From positions 3,534,001-3,598,000 of the forward strand of contig CM114271.1 in NCBI GenBank assembly GCA_050084515.1: a DNA stretch of 64,000 bases, read 5' to 3'. Below, in pieces: positions 38,885 to 50,484 of this stretch. Both the position numbers and the translations under genes were made by a program. Position 1 is the first letter of the stretch. Each line of letters opens with the position of its first letter. This DNA is from Blasia pusilla. Lineage: Eukaryota. The notes under the pieces were generated by a model. That model had not been told where the DNA came from and made no database searches. It saw only the letters and a program-made list of their open reading frames with translations.

Positions 38885-40019
38885 TTAGAATGCACAACAA
38901 TCATCAGCAATGACTAGAGAATCCAACATCCCTCTTTGGTTTGGCTTCCTATTGGACACTAGTTCTAATTAGTTAATCCCATTTAACTAATATAAAGCAA
39001 TACGGTACAAGAAGAGGGAAATTCATATTAAGGTGCATTATGTGAAAGCCATAACAGTCACTGGGCAGGCCTTAAAGTCCATCGGATTCCATATAGCGTT
39101 ATTGTGCAAATAGGTAGCACAATTTAGGGAGCATTGTTATCGTGATCGGGTGTCGGAAAGGAACGAAAGGGACAGAACAAAGGAACGGAATGTTGGCGTC
39201 ATAAAAGACGTAAATTGTGGTTGATACTGTGATTGATACTGCGATTGACTGTGATTCTGACTGGGTTGTCAAAACTATTATCGAAACTGTGACTAATCGC
39301 ACAGTACTGTCGGATGTTGAAAATTGAGAAAACCTAATTGGGCGACAGTGGGATGAAAAATTCGAAGTCACTGCTGAGCCTTTCGAAGCCTTCGTACGTC
39401 CAAGAAGTTCAGTGGAGTCCTCTTGAACGATCGATCTAGACGGGAATCGGATTAGAGAAAGAATTAGTGATTTTAAGTGGCCCCTTACTCCTTAGTGGCG
39501 GTGATGGATTCTGCGGGCTTCAACGCACGACATTGCTCGAGCTAGATGGGAACCTTACTTCCCACAATGGCTCCATTTCCGGTTTCGAAGTAAGGAGGCT
39601 CATCAAGTCGAGTTGTACGGGAGGAAGTAATTTCAAGGGCAGAAGCAATGTGGATCACGTATTAGACCTACCAAGTCGCAGTCCATGGCGGAGATTCTGA
39701 GTGGGGCTGAATTTTCATGGGCAATGTGGGTGGCGCATTAAAACTACCTTATCGAGGTCTAGGGCGCAGAATCTGAGAATAGAGTCACCGCAAAGAATTC
39801 TGAATGAATTGATTATGATTTCCCGAGCTAGACATTCATTCATCTAGACAGGCGGAAGCAAATGCGAGGGCATATAAGATTCAAGAGAATAAGAGAGAGA
39901 ACGTCTAGGGTCGGGGAATCTAGGGGGCCTCTGACCACTGAAATCTGTATTTAGGGTTTGAGGGGATTCAACTCATATAGTCACGCCACACATTCAGAGG
40001 AGCGGGGAATCGAAATCCC

Positions 40020-43000
40020 AGGTAAGTTATTTGTTGTTGACGTTGTTGAGGTTTGTGTTTTTTTTTTCGGAAACCGGGATAGTCACAAGACCGTTCGTTA
40101 GAATTATTGCCATAGGTACAACGATGGCAGATTCAATCTTTGTCTGTCTAGAGCCCATCGCTGGTAGCATTTCTTAAAGGTTACTCGTGCAGATTTCACC
40201 TCTCCATATGTGAGTAAAAATATTTTCCCAATGTCCGCTCACCGTGTGCAGCCACGATGAGGCATGGGTTGGGATTTGGATTGATTCATAATTAAATCGT
40301 ATCCTTTCCGATTGATTCATGTCATGACCAAAGTGACATGTCCACTCTGATTGAAAAAAAGAGTCCAGATTGGGAAGTCTAGTGAGTCTGCACCATGGGT
40401 TTTGGGATTGACATCAAAGCAAGTTTATCTGATCAAGGAAACATGCATTGATGATGGCGCATGTTTCAATTCGCCTTCCACCTCTCTGGACTTGTCTGAA
40501 GTTCTAATTTCAATGATTGTTATGAGGCTCACAAGTAAGATTATGGTTCTCTTTAGTTCAGATTGCCATTTCTTTTTTCAGATCTGAATGCATTTCCTAT
40601 GCTTAAGAGTTCTACACCGTACTTACTTTGTAACTGTGAGTATTTGTGGTCTAATTTGCAGGCACCAAATCTGTAAAGACAGAGTCCTCCCCTAATAAGC
40701 CGGGAAGAGTTGGCAGTTTGTGAAATCTGTGTTGTTAGGGTCTTAGCAGTAGGGATTTGCTTTAGTTAGGTCTATATTAGAATATACACTTTTGCATTGT
40801 AGGTAGTGCTTCAAGTACTTTCTCATACTATAATCATGTTTGCAATCTTCGTGAAGGGTAGGCATCCTTCTTCTCCTCAGCCTCCATGTAGCCATAACAA
40901 CTTATCTGCTTTGGTGGAATGGAAACACTTCAGCTACAATGCTGAACAAGACCAATTTGGATGTCTGAGCCTATTTTTCAAAGAATTCGCCCAAACTTCC
41001 GAGGTGTTCAATCTCCATCTGCAAAGCCACCACTTGTTGCCTATCCCGTCTTGTAGCAAAGTTGTATCCAAGAAGAAGGGCAAGAGAAGTGAAGACATGG
41101 ATGGGGAGAATGCATCAGATGATGAAGGTAAGAAGGAGCATAACAAACTACAATAATCTTTGAGGTGTAGATGGTTGTACGTTCTATATGCTAAAAGTAG
41201 AAGGTTGGTGCCACTTCACAATTTCACCTACTATTTTTTATTTCAACTTGTGACAATGTGACGTAGGTGTTGAAGTGAAGCCCCAATCTACTGCCAACAT
41301 AAGGCTGAAGAGCACGGGACATAAGTAGTGGTCTACCCAACGAAGGCAGAAGGAGGACTTGCTGCTCCAGAAGGCTCGACGGCATTCGAGGTTGGCTGCT
41401 GGTTTATTACATGATTTACAGCCGCAACAAGATATAGTCTTGTTGCTTGAAGCGTGTGCTATCAACCAGGGTACTTTTGAGCCTTGGACTTGCTTGACGA
41501 ATGACACTCACTTTGTTGAGGTCCGTCACATGCTCACATCTGCCTTGCACTAACGCTTTGTAGTATTGGATTGGGTGTATGCATCAGAGAAGCTTCTCCC
41601 TACCTCCCCACCATCTGCGAGTCCAGATATGCAAACATATTGGCGGTGGAAGACTGCCATATCCCACTTGACACATATTTGGAGACGAGATGGGGTGTGT
41701 TTTGGATTTTTGGAAAGTTGGGTTGGACACCCGCAAACAGTTGGTGCAGGCAAGACTTGCCTTTTTGGAGGCTACGAGGCTTGTGGAGAAGCACAAGTTT
41801 GCCTTGTCTGAGGATTTATGGAGGCCTAGATTTGAGGCAGCATACCACTCGTGGAAGGACTCGGAGAAAAAGTCCATTGTGGACCGATTGAGAGTGAAGG
41901 TCTGCATGATGTACATCGAGGGTGTTGGACTCACTAAGGAGGAGGTCATTTGTCAAGTACACTCTTTGAACAAAATCAACACAATCTGTGAACTCAAACT
42001 ATGTGTTTCTTCTAGTCAAGCTGGTCTCGTATACTATCACAATATTTTTGAACTCCTTTCCTATCGTATTCTAATGGAATTTTCAAGGTTCATGTGACAA
42101 TGTGAGAGTGTGTAGGGTGGATTGGATTGTCATGTGACTGATTCATTTGACGATGATGGTGCTACCCCAACAAGAAGACAACCCCAAACAGCCAGAGGCA
42201 AGGCAAGGATCAGTCCAACCACGAAGAAGACTATAGAGTCTTCCCATTTAGGCAATGATAGCTTTGAACATAGAACTCCATCCTCCATTTTGAAGAGGTC
42301 ATTAGTGGGTGTAATAAGTATCAATAGGAGTGTCTCCCCAAGGCTAAACAGGAAAAAAGTGCAAGAGAAGATCGATGAGGATGAAGCTGAGGGAGGCAAA
42401 GGATCCCAAAGCCCTCACCACGTCATTCATAAGTGCAACCTCAAATTGCAACACGCCAAACGATGCAAAAAGAATCTCCTCCCCTTCAGACATCAGAGCT
42501 AGGGAAGAATGTGTGTAATGCATCGAGAAGAATGTGTGCACCTAAGATGATGAGGTACATTGGCATTGGCATCCTTGCATTTCCATCTGTTATGGCCCTC
42601 ACATAGCCTTGGAAATTTAACACACAGTTGTGGTGCGTGTAGGCTTTTAATCCATTTTGATGTGATTACTTAGGTCATAGCAGTCACCGCGCAAATGGGG
42701 GAGGGGGACACAAATACATCGGCCGCGGAGAAAGAACATAAAGTAGGATTTTTGTTGTGAGAATTATGTTTATTTTTGTATTCTCTCGGTGGTTGTGTAG
42801 TCATCTGGATTTTTTTTCCAATTAGTATATGACCTCCATGATTCTTTTCTTAGGTGCATATCACTCCAAAGGGGGACCTGAGTTCCCTAACTGCAAAGGA
42901 GGCAGACACTAGCATCAATGTTGAGGTAACAAATGCACAATCTTGCTTAGTGCTGTGTTAATTTTGATCTTTTCATTGATGAAGGACTTGGAAAAATCAC

Positions 43001-43530
43001 CAAAGTAGCACAAACGTTGCTTTATTGATACATTGTGATTGTTTTGTAGGGTTTAGGGTCAATGGAAAAGTAGACACCTGTTGTGCCAATTGTTCAAGTA
43101 AGAAGGAGCATGTTTGATGGCCCAGCCTTACTGTCATCAAGACCAAAGAAGCATGCATGCAAAAGACAAAGTCGGGTAAGTTTCTAGGCGCCATGTGTCG
43201 CAGTGTATTCCATTCTCAGATGTAAGATTGTGTGTGATGAGATGTAAGTAACTCGGAATTTCTCTCCTTTTCCAGAATTCTAGACGGCTTTGATCGTCGG
43301 TGCCTTTGATGAAACACTATCGTCTTTCCAATGTGAAGGTAAGCACTTTTGCTATTCAGTATTGTATACCCTATTGAAGGATTCTTGATGTCATGTTTTG
43401 GGTTCATACTACGAATGAAAGCATGAGAAAGAGTTAATCTGACATGTGAATGCTTCTTGCAGGTCTTTTCAGTTGCATTCTTGAAGCTGTCATTGGCTCT
43501 AGCGGGTGATACTAGGAATATTCAAGTAGA
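40020..43530 (+). pseudogene. Spliced gene of unknown function, decayed; candidate MULE accessory gene
   Basis: Splice donor CAG|GTAAGT at 40021 and exon-like blocks with AG/GT borders (~40890-41127, 41267-41956, 42117-42554). Stitchable ORFs 41359-41553, 41566-41811, 41690-42097 and 42122-42502 with stops and a frameshift. No recognisable domain. Confidence 0.55.
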
Positions 43531-44729
43531 TTACCATTCTCAAAAGTAGTAGTGCTTGATAAATTTACATGATCAGTGTGTAAATTTGGAGTGTGGGGAA
43601 CAACATTTGGGCCTACTATAGCCAGGCTTCTAGTCAGTAATTCAGAGAGACATGCGGTTTGAATTGTACAGGCTAAGTGTACTTCCCGGAATCGAGTAAA
43701 AAAACATCAAACACGTACTCCATATATCTTGTTGTAATTAAACGATGTGCAATTTTTCCTCTAAATTAATGAGGACATGAAAAGAAGAACGTCCCCAACG
43801 GTCCTTTTCCATTGAGGCTTTTGAGATTCTTATTGGATCCTTCAAAGAGAACACAAACTGCTAAGGCAGCTCAAAAGTGTTAGGATTCCACATAAAATTG
43901 TCTCTTGTTTTCTTCTATTTTTTTAACTATGGTTAGTTCTGCAAACTATGGTTGGAAGTTTATCATAGTTACAAGTCTCAGTTAGTTTACCAGTTACCTC
44001 TTTAACTATTCTTGTGAGCTTTGGTTATGTTTAATTGTGCACATGGTGTGCTGGCCTACCCTCTTTGTCTTTGGCATGTTGTGCTAACTTTGCGCTCATA
44101 ATATCTTTGGCCTATTCTGGTGTCTTTGGCTTTGCTCTTGTTTTGTTGGCCCTTCCACCTTGCCTTACCATGCAGTGGTCCCTTCTGCTGGTCTCTTGTA
44201 GGAAACTATTTAACTCCCCCTCTCTACCCTTCTTCTTTGATTCACTTCTACTCCTGTCCTCTAAGGCTGTGGGTTTTGAGATTAGCTCCTACATACTTGA
44301 ACCTCTACAGGTGCCTTGATCAACTAAGAAGGAATGTGCATTGGTGTGGAGAATGATCCAAGAACCAATCTAGCACAAACTCCTGCATCTTGGTTTCAAC
44401 CACCTCTCTTCATGACTTGTGTATTCTAATAATGTGTTGCTTTTCAAGCACCCAGTTCTCAATAGAAGTTGTAGACCAGTTCTACATGCAATCCATTTCA
44501 GTTTTGCTCTTTTCAGGTTTGTAAGTGATTACCCTCATGTATATGGTTCAGTGGAAGATCCTGTCGGGATCTACTATCTTTCTATCATTTTAAAGTTTTA
44601 AAAGTAGATGTGAGAGGAAGTAGAATTCTGATTTCAACAAAAAGCACATTGAATGAGAGCTTGAACAACATGATTGTTGGACACACCCCCCTTTCACATT
44701 CTCCCGCCAGCCAAATCGAATTCGAATGT

Positions 44730-45260
44730 CTTTGAATTGGATGGAAGGAGCTTGAACACACATTTTTCTCTAGTCAGATTAATTTTTGCAGTTCAGCAGC
44801 TATTTGCAAAAAAATCACTCAAATGGCTCCGTTGGGCACCCTTCACACCGCCTTTATACCCATATGCGCGGATCAAAGTTGTGTTGGAAGGAAGGATAAT
44901 GAACTCCGTAGTTTTCACAGGTCAGATTAATTTCTGCAGTTCAACAGCCACTTGCAGGAAAGTGTTACAAAGGGCGCCGTTTGGTACCCTTCGTACGAAC
45001 TTTACGCCGACCAAAGCGGTCTTGGATGGAAGGATCATGAACACAAATTATTTGAAGTTCTGATCTCTAACTAAGGTTCAGAAAATTTAGTCCATAATGT
45101 GTTACAATGGACGTTTTAGGTAGCCCCCTCCAACCCGATTGCTCCGGCAAGAGCATACCTATGGGCAACATGTGAACTCAAATTATTTAAAGTTCCATTT
45201 TATTTTCAATGTTCTAATACAATGCTTCGCAATTTGTTATAGTGGACGTTTGTTACTAGT
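44730..45260. repeat. Degenerate ~135-147-bp tandem array, about 4 units
   Basis: TTGGA(T/A)GGAAGGA at 44737, 44884 and 45022; TGAAC anchors at 44753, 44900, 45038 and 45173; GTCAGATTAATTT.TGCAGTTCA.CAGC and AAATTATTT.AAGTTC shared pairwise. Confidence 0.8.
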
Positions 45261-45578
45261 GTATTGACACTCTTGTGTAGTACTTTATTACCAGTGTATT
45301 GACGGTGTTCATAGGGTGTTGTGAAATTTACGGTTATGTTTTATGAATGTCAATGGGAATCATATTACCAACCAAGAGTAAGTGTATTATACTCTCTCAC
45401 GTAGACATGAATATTTTCACGGCTCTTTTTAGAAGCACATTAGAAATCCAGACAATAGAATCACAAGATCAAAAATAAGTTTCTTTACTTCAATGTCTAA
45501 ATGGAAATTTACAGTATTGTAATGTCAAGTTAGATTTGGATGCAATGGTTGCAGTATCCTACTTAGGGCCTCTTGATG

Positions 45579-48500
45579 TTATTCCGATTGCATGTCTCTA
45601 AACTTGAACTTATCTTTCCAGTTGAAGGATGGTAGAGAAGATTCAACCACCTGTGGAGGGGGGTTATTTGGCCTGTGCCTACCTTTCTTGTGTAGAACTT
45701 CTACCCAATCCATCTTTCTTCTTAGGGACCTATTGACGGGCCCATATGCTACCATGCTTTCTTGTTGATGTAGAGATTGTATTGGAAGTACACCCATATT
45801 ACCCTCAATTCTTGCAATGAAACTGAGCATTGATTCATACAACAACTTCATTTCTTGTAAGGTATGGTCAACTACAACTTGCTTGTATTTTGCACCTTCA
45901 ATGCATTCCATGAGTTCACAAAATATATATTGGATATCTGTTGTAGTTGATATCATCATCATCATCATGGTTGTCATCGTATGGGAATAAGTAATATGCG
46001 TGGTCATCGGTTATATATGTTTGTAGATTCTAACCCACACATGGGTGAGGACCCATGGGTAAATTTTTAAAGGCCTTCAAAACCACATGCTTTCGATCCA
46101 AACTTGGCGCCTAGATATAAAAGGACTTCCATCTCTGTGTGTGCCAACATCATAAAATATTTGACCTGCACATTACAAGATTGAGGTCATGTGATGAAGT
46201 AGGTTGAATGCATCAATACCATGTAAAAGCTTGAAAGCATACAATACTTTATAAATTCTCTAGTAATTTCAGAGAAGGATCCTGATTACCTGGTGCTTGC
46301 AAGTGAATCCTTCATGAGCATTGGGACATGTGCAAGTTGTATCTTTTTGACTCATAGTCGCAAATGGCTTTGACTTACTCCGAACCTTGGCATATTTTCT
46401 ACCTTCATGATCTTCAAATACAATGTGGTCATCTCGAATTTCCTTTGCGTTCTTTATGGCCATGGTAATTACTCCGTGGATGGCCTTGTTACACACCCTA
46501 CCCTGGGACTTCAAAAGGGTCATGTACCAAAAAAAATCTTCAATCTCATTAGTCCAAATTGATATAAGCCAGATTATGGATCGAGTTCCCTTGGTTGGCT
46601 TGCTTTCACGAAGATGTGTCTTCAAGGTCGCATGCCACCTTTCAATGGCCGTGTTTGTATCTTGAGCGGATCTAGCTTCACTGCGATATCCCTTTTCCCA
46701 AGTGGATAATTTGGGATGTTAGTATCCACTATAGTATTTCACAAAGTGTTGTTTAGAACAAGCATACTTTTGAATGAATTTGATGGACTCTTGAACCGGA
46801 TCTGCAATGAGCATGACCGAGTCATTACCAAAAACTTACAATGAAGCTAACAATGCAATGCTTATAAGTAGGAATATAAATGATCCCATGGATAATGATT
46901 ACACATACCAGCATTGTGGATGTACATGACTCTGCCAAAATCTTGATTCATTTGTGCTTTCATGATTGGACATCGAACGCGTTAGTGAATTTGCCTCAAC
47001 CAACTTTTCCTCACATGCCATATACACAGGTGGATTGGGACATTTGCAAATACTTCCCTGATGGCTGATGATTCCAAGGAAGAGCAAGGTGTCCATAGTG
47101 TATTACTCTCATGTCCAACCATTGAAAACATGGCTTCCGCTCGAACTCTGATCCTTGTCAGGACTTCCGTAATATCTTCATGAGTGTTGCGTTGGAGAAT
47201 TGCCCAAACAAGAGGAAGTCCATTTTGGAATGAGTCAAACCCAAGAAAGGTGAATAATTGGTACTATACAATATAAAAATGAGTTAGTTAATAATATTAT
47301 TTCTGACCTGAGTTTCGCCACTATACATGCAAGAACCTTAATTTCTCAAAGTTCAACAAAAGAATACAATATGTTTGGAGTTCTACAGTAACACAAATAA
47401 TCTATTCTATAGAAGTATAACTGGAGTGATCATAATGTTTAAAGATAGAGAAATGATTGTAAAAACAACTAATGTAGTCTTCAAGAACTCACCTCATACG
47501 TATTGGTTCCATGGGTTGCATCCATGTTAACAGCACCACCATGTCCAAATCTTACCAGATTTTATAGCATCCACGGTGTTGAGAATACAATAGTAAATGG
47601 TATATTATTTAATGAGTCAAAAGGCTTGTAAAACAACACATGTTCCGTGTGTCTTTGAACCCACATCAGAACTGCTGTAGCATCATCTGTCCCATCGTAT
47701 CTTAATGTTTAGAATATCTTGAGGGGTCAGTAAGGCATCTCTTCCTACGCTCTTGTTTCCAGGGGTGTTATCTCCCATACAATCTCTGATCCATTTTGTA
47801 TGCATTTCCATTATGTGATGAGGAGATATATTCACACGCAATAAACGCTCTACAAAGTCTCGACACATATAGCTCAACTTAGGGGCCAGGTTGGCATTGC
47901 AAATAGTGGATGTCTCATCTAAATCGTCGTGGCAATACCTACCATCTTTGTTTATATGTTGGTCTTGAATGAAACAAATTAGCATAGTACCAAGTCTATC
48001 ATAAGGACATATTGCAACAAAATGACATTGGCATCCCCGTCCTTGGGATAAGCCTAAACGTCTAAGTTGGCTCTCGTGCCTACTACCCTTCCCACCCTGC
48101 TTCCGAATGTCTTCATTAAAACTTTCAGGGGGTAAGTCCTTCCATACTATTTTGCGCCAATCATTTGGGCCATATGCACACTGAGTAGATAATCCGCCCG
48201 TGCATGTGCTTCAACTTAGACATCTATTTTTTGAAATGTGTTTGGAAATGAGCCAATCACTCCTCTCTTGATAAAAAATCAGGGAAACGGGAGGCATCTA
48301 TCCAAGCCTCCTTTCTAGGACCATAACAATTGAGAGCATTCATGTTAAATGGCCCATCATTAGGTTTTTGAATGGCATCACATGCAAGAGTAGGACTGAA
48401 TTTCAATGGCCTCGACATAGTCACCGGAATAAACCAGATAGACAGAGGCTAAAAATATTTGAGTATAGCCTGGTCGTGGACGATCGCCTGACAGAAAGGA

Positions 48501-48680
48501 AATTCGATTTGGTAACAGATTCCTCACGAATTCTTTATGGTATAATTCATACAAAGAGATAAAAAGAAGAGCCCTAAACACATTTATGTTTTAGCATAGG
48601 TTAGAGCGGAATCAGCAGTTAAGGAAACTTGCAGTCAGGAAGCTTACTTGATGGCTTGACGGACAGAGAACATTCTCCAT
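45579..48680 (-). pseudogene. Decayed intron-containing Mutator-like (MULE DDE + SWIM) transposase, copy 2
   Basis: Candidate ATG at 48680 with donor at 48647. Motifs CAYGPNDW, GCQCHF, HINKDGRYCH, MDATHGTN, IREVFANVPIHLCIWHVRKSW, QDTNTAIERWHATLK and SWIM CTCPNAHEGFTCKHQ. Several stops. Confidence 0.88.
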
Positions 48681-49624
48681 GTCAAATCTTTAACCGTTAA
48701 ACTAAACCTAAACGAAATTTCGCGCCCCACAATCCCTGCAGCTGCCATCCCCATCCGATTTCCCCATCGTCTGACACTATTCCTTTGGATCGTGCTGTGT
48801 TAAAGTCAAAACACACGACCCGCCTCAAAGATTTCCCGCCCAAGTGCGGGGTCTAACCCGTCGAGGCATCTGGCGCGGCTAAACGCAGTCCGGGGCGGCT
48901 AAACGCGCTCTTGGGTGGCCGGGGAAAAAAAAAAAAAAAACCACACGGCCGCGCATCTTGTTCGGCTCTGGGTGGCCGAACGAGATGCACGGCGGGTAAA
49001 TGCAATCCCATTACCGGGTGGTCTCCGTCCACCCTAAGCCATCCATCACAATATCCGTCCACACAATCCGTCCGCGGGACCCATCGCCGGCAATGAACCA
49101 CATTCTTACTTTCCCTACGATCCTCCTACAGCCGTGCTCATTAAAGCTCTACGAGACCCAAGGAACCTTTAATGCTTGCCCAATGATTGTTATGGCTTTC
49201 GGCGCTATAACCCTAGTTTTACTTTATAATTCAGAATACATTAAAACTAGTTAATAAACGGTTGTAAGTACAATTATGTCTTAAATATTGACAGAAAATA
49301 TAAGTAAAACCTTTCTCGAAAGAAATTTGGGGTAGGAAGGCACCATTTAAATGCGGTAATTTCATTATCTATAAATCATTTTTTCTTCTTTATTCTTCTT
49401 TATGCGGTATCCCGCAAATCTTCTTTCTCTTCCTTTCCCTTCGCACTCTGTGTGTGTGCGCTGTTGGAACACAGAGTTCCTCTGCCGTCGGCTTTGAATC
49501 CTTCCTGGCCTGAAGCTTGGGAAGGAGGGGACGAGGCGCTGCAATCTTCTCTCTTGAGTAAGTGGTGTTCCGTTGTTAGCGTGTTTTTGGAATGCTGTGT
49601 TCAGTTGTGTGGGATTTGTAGAGC

Positions 49625-49740
49625 GACAAGGGACGGTATTTTGTTTCGTTTTGTTTTGTTTTGATTTGCGTTTGCGTTTGCGTTTGGTTTGCGTTTTGTT
49701 TTGGTTGTGTTGGCTTTTTGGCGTTTGTTTTTGTTTCGGG
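49625..49740. repeat. Low-complexity (TTTTG)n/(TTTGCG)n tract in the probable EMC1 5'-UTR intron
   Basis: Directly visible; donor-like GAGTAAGT at ~49556 and acceptor TGCAG at ~50333. Confidence 0.7.
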
Positions 49741-50484
49741 GAGATATTGGGGTAGGGATTAGACTGCGCCGGAAGAGGAGCGAGTGGGAAGCTTTGGATT
49801 TGGGTGAGTGATCGAGGGAGGCGTCGATTTGTGAGCTGGAGCGAGATTGGACCGCGGGTAGAGAGAGAAATCCGTTTTAATTGGCTCAAGCAGTGAGAAT
49901 TTAGGGTGTGAGTTTGTCTGATGAGGAGATCGGAAGGCACTGGAGCGCATCTGATGTATCGGGTACTTGCAATTGGAAAGGCATTGTGTGCGCGAGGCCG
50001 CTGAAATCGAGAATTAGGGTATGAGCTGCAGGCAGTGAGGAGTAGTTTTGACTGATGGGAAACTTGAAGACGGTGGAGTATTATCTAGGCCTCGATTGCC
50101 ACGGATTTGCAGATGCCTGAGGTGCCATCAGCTGTAGGGCGGGTGCTGTGAAAGGGAAGATGCTGTGCTGTGAGATGTAGAGGGAGAGGAAGTGGTGAAG
50201 TGAGTCGGATCCTTGATTTATGCAGATCGGATTGCCTTTACTTGAAGTCTGTTTTGACAACTGAATGCATTGCATTAATTGGCCATACAAATAATTTTCG
50301 ATTCTGATTGTACAACACCTCACTGTGGTGCAGCCAGTTGAAGGCCTGTCGAGAGTGAAGAGTGCTATTGCTTCGTGAGCTAGAGCTGGAATTGGAACTG
50401 GAAAGCCTAGGATTCAGAGTTTGAACATCTCTGCTGGCACATGGGAGAATAGCGCCGAAGAAGTTGTACCGGACGGAGTCAGCC

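Larger units (their letters stand above)
39100..49140. mobile_element. Putative ~10-kb two-gene Mutator-like element with no evident TIRs (ends uncertain)
   Basis: Minus-strand transposase converges on a plus-strand spliced, decayed gene; both ends are GC-richer and carry short repeated motifs. No convincing TIR or TSD. Confidence 0.5.

Noticed and set aside
39125-49150. GAGCA...TGCTC as TIRs of the large MULE
   Set aside because: Only patchy similarity, and the flanks do not form a TSD.
49365-49940. 191-aa minus-strand ORF
   Set aside because: Translation of the TTTTG low-complexity tract in the EMC1 leader intron.
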